Origin: an uncultured delta proteobacterium
GTDB lineage: Bacteria > Myxococcota_A > Polyangia > Fen-1088
Reading direction: 5' to 3'
Assembly: GCA_963737265.1 (NCBI GenBank)
Contig: CAVTRY010000015.1
Coordinates: forward strand, 32,001 to 96,000
DNA: 64,000 bases
This document shows positions 1-10,818 of this stretch, one piece after another. Each line of letters begins with the position of its first letter. Within the stretch, counting starts at the first letter, position 1. A program made the translations under genes and the position numbers. The notes beneath the pieces are model-generated. The model did no database searches. It saw only the letters and a program-made list of their open reading frames with translations, and was not told where the DNA came from.

Positions 1-1
1 G

Positions 2-859
2 GTGACCATCGTCAAGGCGGCGCAGGAATTCGTTCGAGCGCGTGGCATTTCGCTCTACCACCCTCGCTCGCAGCAGGGGCTGCTGCGGGAGCTTTGCATT
101 AGGCAGAGTCGCGCAACCGGTGCGACCCTGCTTGGCATCGTGACCAGCCCGGGCGGCTTTCCAGAAGGCAAAGAGATGGCCGCGCACCTAGCCCAGATCG
201 ACCAGGGGATCACCGGCGTCGTTCGCAGCATCCGCGCTACGCCCGACTCCGCCGCGCCTCTCGGGGAGACCACCGAGCTTTTTGGCAGCGACACCATCAC
301 CGAGATTACGGCGTGCCTGCGTTTTTGCATCCGCCTCGACACCTTTTATCAGACCAACTCGGCACAAGCCGAGCGGCTCGTGGCCGTGGTCAAGGACTTG
401 GCCGGCGACGTAACCGGTGCCCAGGTCGTGGATGTCTATTGTGGCGTGGGAGTCTTCAGCCTGGCACTGGCCGCGGTCGGCGCACGCGTCGTCGGCGTCG
501 AGGTCGTCGAATCCGCAATCGAAGCCGCGCGCGCCAACGCCATCGCGAACGGCCTCGACGGCGTCACCTTTCATGCTGGCGACGCGCGCAAGGTGCTGGC
601 CGACGTGCTGCCAGCAGGGCTCGCGCCCAAGGTGGTCGTGCTCAATCCACCGCGCGCCGGCGCTGGCGGCAAAGTCATGCGCCGGATCGCCCGCGCCTGT
701 CCCGAGCGCATCGTCTACGTTTCCTGCAATCCGACGACGCTCGCGCGCGACCTCGTGGAGCTGCGCCCCTTCGGCTACCGCGTAACCGCCGTTCAGCCCA
801 TCGACCTCTTTCCGCAGACCTACCACGTCGAAACCGTGCTGACCTTGGAGCGCGAGTGA
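2..859 (+). CDS. rlmD: 23S rRNA (uracil-5)-methyltransferase RlmD/TrmA family, 5'-truncated by the window edge
   Basis: FYQTN, DVYCGVG SAM motif, NPPRAG, YVSCNPTTLARD and DLFPQTYHVE motifs. Confidence 0.9.
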   Translation: MTIVKAAQEFVRARGISLYHPRSQQGLLRELCIRQSRATGATLLGIVTSPGGFPEGKEMAAHLAQIDQGITGVVRSIRATPDSAAPLGETTELFGSDTITEITACLRFCIRLDTFYQTNSAQAERLVAVVKDLAGDVTGAQVVDVYCGVGVFSLALAAVGARVVGVEVVESAIEAARANAIANGLDGVTFHAGDARKVLADVLPAGLAPKVVVLNPPRAGAGGKVMRRIARACPERIVYVSCNPTTLARDLVELRPFGYRVTAVQPIDLFPQTYHVETVLTLERE

Positions 860-3381
860 ATAGCAGACAAGCGACGCCCGGTCCCAAGACCCGAGCCTTC
901 ATCGCATGGTCCCTGCGCCACGGCCGCCTGCTTTGGTGCGTGGCACTGCTGCTCGTGCTTCCCGCCGGCTGGCGCACCGCCAACCTCTATGTTCATCTGC
1001 GCAGCGACATTGAAGAGCTGCTTCCTCGCAGCGCCCCTAGCGTCAAAGCCATCGACGAGTTGCGGACGCGCTTGCCCGGACTGCAGTTCCTCGGCGTGCT
1101 GATTGACGTGGGCAGTGCCGACAACATGGCCGCGGGCGAACGCTTTCTCGACGATCTCGCGGCGCGCGTGCGCACTTACCCGCGCGAGCTCGTGCGGTCG
1201 GTGCGCGTGGGCTACGCCGCCGAACGCGATTTCCTGGAAAAACACGCTCCCCTGTATTTGGCGACCGCCGATCTGGAAAGCATCCGCGACCGCATCGATG
1301 ATCGGGCGCGTTTCGAGTACTCCAAGAAGACCGGCATGCTGCTCGACGAAGAGGAGCCGCCACCCAGCCTCGATTTCTCCGACATCGAAAAAAAGTACAA
1401 CGGAAACTTCGACGACAGCTCGCTGGCCAACGGCCGCTTTTCCAATCCCAAGCTGAACCTGACCCTCATGTTGGTCGAGGTCGGCGCCTTTCATACCGGC
1501 AACTCCCAAGCCCGCGCGCTGTGGAACCGAGTCCGCCACGACATCGACGATCTGGGCGGGCTCGCCCACTACGCGCCGGGCATGCGCCTCGGCTTCACCG
1601 GCGACGTGGCGATTTCCGTCGAGGAGATGTCGGCTCTGGTGGTCGATCTCACGACCTCCAGCCTGTTCGTGGTCTTGCTCGTCGTGCTCGTCCTGGTGAT
1701 CTACTATCGCTGGCTGCGCAGCGTGCTGGCTTTGTTTGCGCCCCTCATCGTGGGCGCCCTAATCGCCTTCGCCGCGGCGAGCTTGCCGCCCTTCGGAATC
1801 ACCGAGCTCAATTCGAACACGGCCTTTTTGGGTTCCATCATCATCGGCAACGGCATCAACTTCGGCATCATCTTGCTGGCGCGCTACGTGGAAGCTCGTC
1901 GCGAGGGAACGTCCATCGAGGAATCCCTCGCCATCAGCCTCACCGGCACGCGCGTAGGAACCCTGTCGGCGGCACTCGCCGCGGCGGCCGCTTATGCGTC
2001 GCTCGTCGCCATGCGCTTTCGTGGCTTCCACCAATTCGGCATCATCGGCGGCCTCGGCATGATCGCGTGTTGGTCCACCACGCTTCTGCTGATGCCGTCG
2101 CTCGTCGCGTGGCTCGACAACGGCAAGCTCAGCACGCGCACAGAGCCCTCCGGGTTTTATCGACCGATGACGGCCTTGGCCAACAGCGTGGCCGCCCATC
2201 CGGGTCGATTTCTGGTGGCGGCGGTGGCCATCACCGTGCTGGCCGCGGTCGAGGTTCGCCGCTTCGGGCACGCCCAACTAGAATACGACTTTTCCCGCCT
2301 ACGGCGCGTCGACACCTGGATCTCGGGCGAAGGGTATTGGGGCAAGCGCATGGATAAGCTCCTGGGTCGCCAGGTGACCCCGACGGTGATCATGGCCGAC
2401 GATCAGGCGCAGGCGCGCGCCATCACCGTGAAATTGCGCGAGGCCTTGCAGCGGCCGCCGCTGTCCCAGATGGTTTCGCAGATCCGGACCAGCGACGACA
2501 TGCTGCCGCTCGATCAGGACAGAAAGGTCGACATCGTCACGGAAATCCGGCGCAAGCTGACGCCGCGAATTCGCGCCGACCTGGGCGAGGAGTGGCAGAA
2601 ACGGCTCGACCGCTATCTCGGGACCGAGCCGCCAACGCGGATAGGTGCAAACGACCTGCCCGAAGGGTTGTGGGCTGGGCTGAAGGAGAACGACGGCAGC
2701 ACTGGGCGTGTCATCCTGGTGTTTCCTCGCCCTTCAGAAACATGGTGGCAGGGACCGGCCATAGCCAACTACGTGGGAACCCTGCGCGATGTGGCGGGAT
2801 CGGCGATGGGTCCAAGCGGAAGGGCGGCGCGCGTGGCCGGCGGTCCACCGCTGACCGCCGACATCCTGCAATTCATGGGGACTGATGGGCCGCTTGCATC
2901 GCTGCTTGCCCTGGTGGGCGTCGTCGCCACGGTGTTGCTGCTTTTCCGCTTCAGTATCGCCAGTCCCTTCGTCATCGGCTCGCTCGTCGTCGGCGTGCTG
3001 TGGATGCTCGCCGCCACCATCGTCCTCGGCGTGAAAATCAACTTCATCAACCTCATCGCCTTTCCCATTACCTTCGGCATCGGCGTCGACTACGCCGTCA
3101 ACGTGATGGGGCGCTACTTGCAGGATGGGCGCAGCGACGTCACGGCGGCCATCCGCGCTACCGGCGGCGCCGTCGGCCTTTGTTCGCTGACCACCATCAT
3201 CGGGTATTCTTCGCTGCTGCTGGCGCAAAACCGCGGCCTGTTTCTCTTTGGTCTGGTGGCGGTTCTCGGCGAGGTAACCTGCCTCACGACCGCAGTCGTC
3301 ATGCTGCCCGCGGCCCTGCTGGCCTATCAGAAATACCGAGAAAAGCGCGCCACTAGTCTCGATGCGAAAGGCGCGGCCTAA
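856..3381 (+). CDS. MMPL/RND family membrane transporter
   Basis: Two hydrophobic TM blocks with GNGINFGI and GIGVDYAV motifs; GTG start overlaps the rlmD stop (GTGA). Confidence 0.85.
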   Translation: MNSRQATPGPKTRAFIAWSLRHGRLLWCVALLLVLPAGWRTANLYVHLRSDIEELLPRSAPSVKAIDELRTRLPGLQFLGVLIDVGSADNMAAGERFLDDLAARVRTYPRELVRSVRVGYAAERDFLEKHAPLYLATADLESIRDRIDDRARFEYSKKTGMLLDEEEPPPSLDFSDIEKKYNGNFDDSSLANGRFSNPKLNLTLMLVEVGAFHTGNSQARALWNRVRHDIDDLGGLAHYAPGMRLGFTGDVAISVEEMSALVVDLTTSSLFVVLLVVLVLVIYYRWLRSVLALFAPLIVGALIAFAAASLPPFGITELNSNTAFLGSIIIGNGINFGIILLARYVEARREGTSIEESLAISLTGTRVGTLSAALAAAAAYASLVAMRFRGFHQFGIIGGLGMIACWSTTLLLMPSLVAWLDNGKLSTRTEPSGFYRPMTALANSVAAHPGRFLVAAVAITVLAAVEVRRFGHAQLEYDFSRLRRVDTWISGEGYWGKRMDKLLGRQVTPTVIMADDQAQARAITVKLREALQRPPLSQMVSQIRTSDDMLPLDQDRKVDIVTEIRRKLTPRIRADLGEEWQKRLDRYLGTEPPTRIGANDLPEGLWAGLKENDGSTGRVILVFPRPSETWWQGPAIANYVGTLRDVAGSAMGPSGRAARVAGGPPLTADILQFMGTDGPLASLLALVGVVATVLLLFRFSIASPFVIGSLVVGVLWMLAATIVLGVKINFINLIAFPITFGIGVDYAVNVMGRYLQDGRSDVTAAIRATGGAVGLCSLTTIIGYSSLLLAQNRGLFLFGLVAVLGEVTCLTTAVVMLPAALLAYQKYREKRATSLDAKGAA

Positions 3382-3433
3382 TCGCCCTTCACTCGGCGCT
3401 GGGTTCGTGTAACCTGCGGCGGAAGGAGAGACT

Positions 3434-5086
3434 ATGCCAAATCCACTTGCTGGAAAGCCTGCCCCTGTCGAGATCCTCGTGGACGTCGACCGTCTCGTTG
3501 ACGCCTACTTCACGAAGCAGCCGGACATCGACGACACCGAACAATTGGTAAGCTTCGGAACCAGCGGCCATCGCGGTTCGTCCCTGCAGGGGTCGTTCAA
3601 CGAGCCGCATATCCTGGCGGTGACGCAAGCAATCTGCGACTACCGCCGGCAGGAGGGCATCTCCGGGCCGCTCTTCCTCGGCAAGGACACCCATGCCCTG
3701 TCGCGTCCCGCGGAACGGACTGCCTTGGAGGTTCTCGCCGCCAACAACACACAGACCGTGCTGCAGCACCGCGATGGCTACACCCCGACGCCCTCGATCT
3801 CGCGCATGATTTTGGCCGCCAACCGCGGCAAGCGAACCGGCTTGGCCGACGGCATCGTGGTCACGCCGTCGCACAATCCACCCGCGGACGGCGGTTTCAA
3901 GTACAACCCGCCGAGCGGCGGCCCGGCCGACACCAACGTCACGGCGTGGATCCAGGACCGCGCGAACCAGTTGCTCCGCGCCGGCAATCGTGGCGTGCGC
4001 CGCATGCCTTTCGAAGCCGCGCTCAAGGCGCCGAATACATGCCAAGACGACTTCGTCGCACCCTACGTCGAGGACTTGGTCAACGTCGTCGACGTGAATC
4101 TCATCCAGTCGTCAAAGATCAAATGCGGCGTGGATCCGCTGGGCGGCGCCTCGGTCGACTACTGGCAACCCATCGCCGACCGCTGGAAGCTCGATCTGCA
4201 GGTCGTCAACCCAGCCGTCGATCCGCGCTTTGCCTTCATGACCGTGGACCACGACGGAAAAATCCGCATGGACTGTTCCAGCCCCTACGCCATGGCGAAC
4301 TTGGTCCATTTGAGCAGCGCCTATCAGGTTGCCTTCGGCAACGATCCCGATGCCGATCGACACGGCATCGTCGTTCCGGGCACCGGGCTGCTCAATCCCA
4401 ACCACTACCTCGCCGTCGCCATCCGCTACCTCTTCACCCACCGGCCGAACTGGTCTGCGCGGGCATCGATCGGCAAAACGCTGGTTTCCAGCGCCATCAT
4501 CGACCGCGTGGCGGCGGCGCTCGGCCGCGACCTGCGCGAGGTCCCGGTGGGATTCAAGTGGTTTGTCGAGGGCCTGCTCGACGGCAGCATGGGCTTTGGC
4601 GGCGAGGAAAGCGCGGGGGCCAGTTTCCTGCGCTTCGACGGATCGGTGTGGACTACCGACAAGGACGGCATCATCCTGGCGCTGCTCGCATCTGAAATCA
4701 CCGCGCGCACGGGCAAGGATCCCGGCCAGCACTACGCCGAAATCACGGCCGAGCACGGCAACCCGGTTTACACGCGCATCGACCAACCTGCCACGCCGAC
4801 CGAGAAGGCAAAGCTCAAGCAGCTCTCGCCGACGCAGGTGAAGAGCGCGTCGTTGGCGGGCGAGCCGATCCGCGCCATCCTGACCCGAGCACCGAGCAAC
4901 GGGGCCGCTATCGGCGGGCTCAAGGTCGTGGCGGAAAATGGTTGGTTCGCCGCGCGTCCGTCGGGCACCGAAAACGTGTACAAGGTTTACGCCGAGAGCT
5001 TCAAAGGCGAGGCCCACCTGGCGCAAATCCTGGGCGAGGCGCGCGGCATCGTGCAAGCCGCGCTGGCCGAACCGCGACTATCGTAG
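3434..5086 (+). CDS. pgm: Phosphoglucomutase (alpha-D-glucose-1,6-bisphosphate dependent)
   Basis: [28 protein letters not shown] and RPSGTE motifs. Confidence 0.95.
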   Translation: MPNPLAGKPAPVEILVDVDRLVDAYFTKQPDIDDTEQLVSFGTSGHRGSSLQGSFNEPHILAVTQAICDYRRQEGISGPLFLGKDTHALSRPAERTALEVLAANNTQTVLQHRDGYTPTPSISRMILAANRGKRTGLADGIVVTPSHNPPADGGFKYNPPSGGPADTNVTAWIQDRANQLLRAGNRGVRRMPFEAALKAPNTCQDDFVAPYVEDLVNVVDVNLIQSSKIKCGVDPLGGASVDYWQPIADRWKLDLQVVNPAVDPRFAFMTVDHDGKIRMDCSSPYAMANLVHLSSAYQVAFGNDPDADRHGIVVPGTGLLNPNHYLAVAIRYLFTHRPNWSARASIGKTLVSSAIIDRVAAALGRDLREVPVGFKWFVEGLLDGSMGFGGEESAGASFLRFDGSVWTTDKDGIILALLASEITARTGKDPGQHYAEITAEHGNPVYTRIDQPATPTEKAKLKQLSPTQVKSASLAGEPIRAILTRAPSNGAAIGGLKVVAENGWFAARPSGTENVYKVYAESFKGEAHLAQILGEARGIVQAALAEPRLS

Positions 5087-5174
5087 CTCCATTTTCGGCA
5101 CCGCCCCGATGCGATCATCGCGGCGCCTTTTTGCGCGGCCCCAATTTGGGGCATAAGGTTTCGTAAGTGCATTG

Positions 5175-7271
5175 ATGAAAACCGTCTCTCTCGCCTTCAC
5201 TGCTTCGGCCGCCCTCGCCGGTATCCTGGGCTGCCATGCCGGAACGCAGGCGCCCCCGTCGACCACGCCGCCGCAAACTCTACCGCCGCCCACGCCGACG
5301 AATGCGCCGGGCTCACCGGCCGTCGCGCCAAACACCCACCCTGCGCCGGCGGCGCCAAGCTCGGTCGCCCCGGAATCCGCGCCCGCGGAAAACCAAGCCC
5401 TGGTGATTCACGACGGCAAGGACAGCTCGGTCGACGCCAGCGCCGCCGCGCGCTCGGGTTACACCATCGTGGACCTCAGCGACGACTGGACGCCCTTCAT
5501 CTTCGCCGAGCAGCGTGCGCCGGATGGGACCGTGCTACACAACCGCTATCGCCGCGTTTTCCTCGGCCTGGCCAACGACACCCTGGACGAAGACGGCGAA
5601 CCGCTCCCGGCGGGCGAGAAGAACTATCTCGAGCTCTATGGCGTTCCGCCTTCCTTGGGCGTGCTACGCGCCCGCTTCCTCGCCAACGAACAGCAGACCT
5701 GTCACGCCACCATCAGCCAGGAAAAGCTGGAAGAGGTCGAGACCATCACCTACGTCGCCCCCGAAAAGATGAAGGCCGACGAACAACGGACAGAGCGCAT
5801 GCATCGCGAGCTGGAGGACGCGCGCCACAAGAACAAGGCCGCGACCCTCGCCGAGCTTGCCGAAAAAGATCCGGCGCAGGCGCCCAAGATCAAGGTCTAT
5901 GAAAAGCGCGTGGCCGAAAAGGCCGCCATGGTCGAAGTCGAGAAGCGGCTCGCCTGCGAAGGCATGCTCAAGCACGGCAGCCACCACGGCGCGGGCATCT
6001 ACGACGATGCCATGCGACTGGCGGTACGACGCTTTCAACAAAAGAACATGATCTACGAAAGCAACTACCTGCGTTCCAAGACCATGGACGCCCTGGCCCG
6101 GCCGCCGCTCGCCAACGATCACATGGCCTTCATGCGCGCCTTGCGCGAGCGCGTGGTTGCCGCCGCTGGTGTCGTCGAGGACGGCAGCACGGACACCAAG
6201 ACGGGCCCAGCGACCTACACCAACAAAGCGGGCAAAGTTGTGCCTCTGCGCAATCTGGCCGACGAGCTCACGCAGGCGGCGGCCGAGCAACTTGGATTCA
6301 CGACCGCCGAAGGCGTGCTGGCGTTCTTCAAGCGGCATACGGCCGCCGATTTTCGCCACCTGCGCGTGGCGGTGAAGCTGCCGACGCTGCCCGAGTACTA
6401 CGGGCCGGACATGGATCTGTCGATCGTGATCGACCGCGGCGATGTCTGGTACGACTTGCCCTGGGACGCGAGCGGCGTTCGCCACGCGCAGCCCCGCAAG
6501 CGCTATCCCAGCTTTCACCTTTATTTGAAGTACAACAACCAACGCATTCTGCTGGCCCGTTGGCGCACCACCGTGGGCGGTTGGCGCGCGGAACAAGCGT
6601 CCGACGGCTATGAATACTTCCGCTACAAGGGATCGGACATCGGCCCGCGCGTAATTCGCAACGTCGTTGCCGGCCCGGTGTGGATCGCACCCGAGTCGAC
6701 GCCGATTCGCTCGCTGCTCAAGAGCAAGGGCGTGAATAGCAGCTGGCAGCGCGTGGTGAACTACGACGAGCTCGGGCCGGGCTACCTGTCGGCCTACGGC
6801 CTCGTCGCCGGCTACTTCGTCGTGCCTGGCAAGAACGGCAAGCCCGACTGGGACAACGGCATCCGCGCCCACGGCTCGTCGGACTACTTGTCCATCTACA
6901 GCTCCGAGGGCTACTCGCACGGCTGCCACCGCCTACCCAACCACCTCGCCATTCGCCTCTATTCGTTCATCCTGCGCCACCGGCCCATGCGCATCCTCGG
7001 CGATCAAGGCATGGGCTTCGCGCGCCAGTTTCTCGCCAGCGACGACGTGTTCGAGATCCGGCTGCCTTCGCGCGGCTTCTCGTACCAGCTCGAACCGCCC
7101 CTGCCGGTCGAGGTTCTCGAGGGCGACATCAAAGGCACGCTCAAGACGCCGGTCCTGACCTACGTGCCCAAACCCGGAATCAAGTATCCGGGCCCGCCGC
7201 CGCCGGTTCGCAATACCGAGGAAGGCCGCGCAGGCGCGGGAGCAACGCAAAAATTGGAGGGCGTAGAATGA
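5175..7271 (+). CDS. Lipoprotein with peptidoglycan-binding-like segment and C-terminal L,D-transpeptidase (YkuD-like) domain
   Basis: Lipobox-like ILGC; Pro-rich linker; AVRRFQ PG-binding-like motif; AHGS...SHGCHRL catalytic His/Cys motif. Confidence 0.7.
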   Translation: MKTVSLAFTASAALAGILGCHAGTQAPPSTTPPQTLPPPTPTNAPGSPAVAPNTHPAPAAPSSVAPESAPAENQALVIHDGKDSSVDASAAARSGYTIVDLSDDWTPFIFAEQRAPDGTVLHNRYRRVFLGLANDTLDEDGEPLPAGEKNYLELYGVPPSLGVLRARFLANEQQTCHATISQEKLEEVETITYVAPEKMKADEQRTERMHRELEDARHKNKAATLAELAEKDPAQAPKIKVYEKRVAEKAAMVEVEKRLACEGMLKHGSHHGAGIYDDAMRLAVRRFQQKNMIYESNYLRSKTMDALARPPLANDHMAFMRALRERVVAAAGVVEDGSTDTKTGPATYTNKAGKVVPLRNLADELTQAAAEQLGFTTAEGVLAFFKRHTAADFRHLRVAVKLPTLPEYYGPDMDLSIVIDRGDVWYDLPWDASGVRHAQPRKRYPSFHLYLKYNNQRILLARWRTTVGGWRAEQASDGYEYFRYKGSDIGPRVIRNVVAGPVWIAPESTPIRSLLKSKGVNSSWQRVVNYDELGPGYLSAYGLVAGYFVVPGKNGKPDWDNGIRAHGSSDYLSIYSSEGYSHGCHRLPNHLAIRLYSFILRHRPMRILGDQGMGFARQFLASDDVFEIRLPSRGFSYQLEPPLPVEVLEGDIKGTLKTPVLTYVPKPGIKYPGPPPPVRNTEEGRAGAGATQKLEGVE

Positions 7272-7756
7272 GCTCCTCGCCGACATCGACAAGACCGCGC
7301 GGCTGGCGCGTGCGCACGGTATCGACCGCCGCGGCTGGCGTGGCGCTGGTGATTTCCGTTGCGGTCCTGGGCGCCGGGAAATCCCAGAATGAAAATCCGT
7401 CGTCCGACAGCTCGGCCACTTCGGCCAAGCCGGACACCGTCCACATCTATATCCAAACCGTCCCGCCGCGCAAAGCCTCGGTCAAATGGGGTCAGAAGAA
7501 CCTGGGCGTGATCCCAGCGCCCCGCCCGCTCGTGGTCGAGCGGCCGCGCGACAGCGGCCCGCTCGATGTGGTGATTCGCGCCAGTGGCTTTCTGCCCGTG
7601 CACACGCGCGCCTATACCTTTTCCGACTCGCGTATCTCGGTGAAGCTGACGCCTCCGACGGAAAAGAACACCTTGTTCGGCTACCGCCAAGAAACCCCGC
7701 CGAACGCCCCGCCGAACCCCGACGGCGGCGTGGCCGAGCCGCCGAAAGCGCAATGA
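7268..7756 (+). CDS. Hypothetical exported protein (PEGA-like beta domain)
   Basis: N-terminal hydrophobic segment; QTVPPRKASVKWG and VVIRASGF resemble PEGA; ATGA overlap with the upstream gene. Confidence 0.6.
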   Translation: MSSSPTSTRPRGWRVRTVSTAAAGVALVISVAVLGAGKSQNENPSSDSSATSAKPDTVHIYIQTVPPRKASVKWGQKNLGVIPAPRPLVVERPRDSGPLDVVIRASGFLPVHTRAYTFSDSRISVKLTPPTEKNTLFGYRQETPPNAPPNPDGGVAEPPKAQ

Positions 7757-7788
7757 GAAGGCGCCTGCTGCTGCCCCATCCAATTGAC
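7661..7788 (+). repeat. Left copy of junction duplication 1 (3' end of 7268-7756 plus decayed 3' end of the convergent GH5 gene)
   Basis: AACACCTTGTTCGGCTACCGCCAAGAAACCCCGCCG...GCCTGCTGCTGCCCCATCCAATTGAC recurs with few changes at 10685-10818. Confidence 0.9.
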
Positions 7789-7965
7789 CAGCCCTTTACA
7801 AGGTGATGCAGGAACATTTGCTCACCTTCGAGCAAGAGGGACCGACGTCGCCATACACACTTTTCCGAGCGCCTTCGATTCGCCTACCCGTCGTAGCCAG
7901 AGATTGGCGCTAGGGTGTGCTCAGCAGAGAATGGTGTCGTCGGTCTTCGAGCTGGTCTCGCCATG

Positions 7966-8784
7966 CTACAGGCAGCACCCCGGCGGAGGCGGTGGGAGTG
8001 GAGCCGTTCCCCAGCAGACGAAGTTGCCGTCGGTCTTCAATCCGCACTCTGAAGCGCCCGCATGGATAGACGTGAATGTGTCTTCCGGTGGAATATCGTA
8101 GCCGCGGCCCCCGCAGGCTACGGTACCATCCGTCTTCAGTCCGCATACAGAATCACCAGCACTAACGGAAGTGAAAGTACCGGCGGGCGGAATCACGTAG
8201 TTGTCGCCCCAACAGGCTATGGTGCCGTCCGTCCTCAACCCGCAAGCGCAAAAAGCACTTCCGAGGGAACGTGGCACTACTTTCTTCTCCAAGATCGTCG
8301 TTCTGGTGAGCCAAAGTGCAATCATCACCGGTAAGTTGACGACGAGAGCCCAGCCTCGGATACGCTCGAATGCGAAAGTCACCAACGTAAAGCTGTCAGC
8401 GTAAAAGCCCGATGTCCAGAGTCGGTCTGCGCCAGACACAGCGAGACCGCATAGACCCAGCATCGTATGTCGATACTGGAACCCTGGTACACGTACGCTG
8501 ACCAGTTGTGGCGCAAACACAAGATAGCAAACTGGCCAGCTCAGCCTCTTGCGCCGCGCGAGTCGAAATCCGGCGTATCCAGTCAGAACAGCAAGCGTCG
8601 CAAACAGACTCATCAATCCAAGCGTGGCTCCTGCAGCCGCAACTGTTCCCTCTATCCTCGCTTTCGGAAGGGCGCGCACCGCTTCAACCAGTGGCGGAAG
8701 AACGAAGCTGGTCGTGACAACGCTTCCCAATATGAGTGTTGGTCCTATGGACACAGCAAGAAAGAGAGCCTTGTCTAGCTTCAC
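7966..8784 (-). pseudogene. Chimeric ORF: membrane-protein fragment joined to RCC1/BLIP-II-like repeats
   Basis: Three CGLxTDGxxxCxG / FTSxxAG repeats at the C-terminus after a hydrophobic N-terminal part. Confidence 0.55.
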
Positions 8785-9214
8785 GATTCTCCGTAGCGAT
8801 GGCTCGGATCATTGTCCACGCTATGAACACGCGCGGCGGTATCCCGCCGAGCAGCCAGACCATGGCTCGATTTTTAGGCTGCTGGTTTGCATAGGTCATC
8901 ATGGCGGCAACCACGACAATCCCCAGAAGACCCATGATCAATCTCGCGACAATCGGCTTCGTAAGACCAGCCCCCGTCCCTCTTGCTAGGAACATGCCGG
9001 GCGTCATCGTCATCGCGACGCCCCTGGTCACGGCTTGTTTCCGGGTTCCCCGCAGCGCATCCGCAACTACGTCCATTCTACCGCTTTCGACGCCGATCGC
9101 CTCTTCGATTTCCCAGAGCTCAGTTCCCCCTGGATTCTTCTCGTCCCCCTCAACGCCCTTGATCATTTCGATGATTCTCACCGCATCATCTAGCAGGTAC
9201 TGCGTCTCATTCAT
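8684..9214 (-). CDS. Hypothetical membrane protein, possibly continuing by frameshift into 7966-8784
   Basis: GGTGAG RBS before the ATG; hydrophobic segments; 100-bp overlap with the next ORF. Confidence 0.4.
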   Translation of the reverse strand: MNETQYLLDDAVRIIEMIKGVEGDEKNPGGTELWEIEEAIGVESGRMDVVADALRGTRKQAVTRGVAMTMTPGMFLARGTGAGLTKPIVARLIMGLLGIVVVAAMMTYANQQPKNRAMVWLLGGIPPRVFIAWTMIRAIATENREARQGSLSCCVHRTNTHIGKRCHDQLRSSATG

Positions 9215-9221
9215 GGCTCAC

Positions 9222-10235
9222 CTATTGGATCGGCACACCCTGAGAGGCTAGATCTGCCAACCCATCTCCGTTCACATCGAGGACTTGACTCGTGGCATAT
9301 CCACCCCCGCATGTGGTTCCGGAGTTATCCACCTCAGCAGTCTGTGTTCCGATGGAAACCGTTCCTTGTCCATTGCTCTGACTTAGAGCGACTCCAGTCG
9401 CAAATGTTCCGTCGGGATTGGCAGTCTGGACGGTCACCAAGGTCCTTTGAACGGGGTCGGGGGTAGTGCCGATACCAACGCCCCGGCAGCTGTTCCCCAT
9501 CTGGAGCAAGTCCGCTCTACCATCTCCGTCGAAGTCGACAATCCGAAGACCGGGGTCTCGCGGTTTGCCGTTGCCATTGAGCACATCCAGCGACTGGCCC
9601 ATCTTATCCGTCGACTGCTGGAAGATTGGGATGGGCGGCAAAAAGCCTCGGCCGCTATTTTTCCACACACGGATACTGGGCGGAGGGTTGAGCGGATTTG
9701 TGGTGCTAGCACTCCCATTGATAGGAATCTCGATGGCATCTGGCAGGCCGTCGCCGTTCACGTCCGCAAACTGATATCTCACCGAGCCCGGTGTCTTGTT
9801 GCTGGAGAGAAGGCTCGTTAGGGCCGTTGAGACTGCACCACCATTCGGGCCACTGAAAAGCGCCCGCATGTGGTTCGACGGCGGGCTCGGGGTTATAGTT
9901 CCGGAATCCCAGGAAACGATTGCGACTTTGCCATCCCCGTTGATATCGGCGAGATAGGAATTCCACGGCTGGGTCAGGTCATATGCTCCAATAAATTTCC
10001 AGGAGCTGGCGGATGAGCCGAAGCCGTTTGAGGAGTTTGGCAAATAGTACCAAAGTGGCGAATGGTTGAGTGAGAACTGAATTGGCTTTATGAGGTCGGG
10101 CAGTCCATCGCCGTCAAAATCGCCAACCATCGGTAACACCGCTTTTCCCTGAAGAACCAAGTTGTCGGTCGGCGCTGGCCCAATGGAGTTTCCTGAGGTG
10201 CCGTCCGCACACCAGTTTGCCGCACAGAGCTCCAA
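9222..10235 (-). pseudogene. Internal fragment of an FG-GAP/VCBS-repeat protein (SpvB/TcdB-Rhs toxin-like)
   Basis: Five GDFDGDG/DVNGDGLxD-type motifs; no signal peptide and no Rhs core, so truncated at both ends. Confidence 0.65.
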
Positions 10236-10684
10236 AGACGGCGGTCAACGAGCGCGACCAGCAGGTGTCGCGCGGTTGGGCGTGGGTCGACCGCGTGGCT
10301 GGCAGCCTCGGCGTGCTGGCAAGCACGGATCAGGTGCTGGACACGGCGCTGATTGCGGCCAAACCCACCGACGATGCCGAGCTGGAGGCGGGCATTCGCG
10401 CGCTTGCAACCATCTAATATGGAAACCCTGAGAGGGTTTCCATGCCTTCCCGCGAATGGTGCGCCGCCAGCAAAGCTGGCGGGCTCCCCACGCGACCTGA
10501 ACGAAAGCAAGTCGCGGCTGCCGCCGGATGCCGAGGCGGACAAGCGCCTGGCCGAGGTCGATGCCCTGCGTACGTCCCTGCAAACATCGCCCGGTACGGT
10601 GCACACGTCCAAGGGCCAGACCCTGGCGGACACGGTGCAGATCGATCTCTACGACGGCACGCTCTACGCAAGCAGGCGCGACCT
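10236..10684 (+). pseudogene. Broken fragment(s) of an unknown helical protein
   Basis: Coding-like ORFs 10217-10417 and 10353-10778 are interrupted and run into the repeat. Confidence 0.3.
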
Positions 10685-10818
10685 GAAAAACACCTTGTTC
10701 GGCTACCGCCAAGAAACCCCGCCGAGCGCCCCGCCGAACCGCGACGGCGGCGTGGCCGAACCGCCGAAAGCGCATTGAGAAAGGCGATCTGAGCCTGCTA
10801 CTGTCCCATCCAGTTGAC
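10685..10818 (+). repeat. Right copy of junction duplication 1
   Basis: Matches 7661-7788; re-encodes KNTLFGYRQETPP...AEPPKA and contains the live GH5 stop. Confidence 0.9.
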
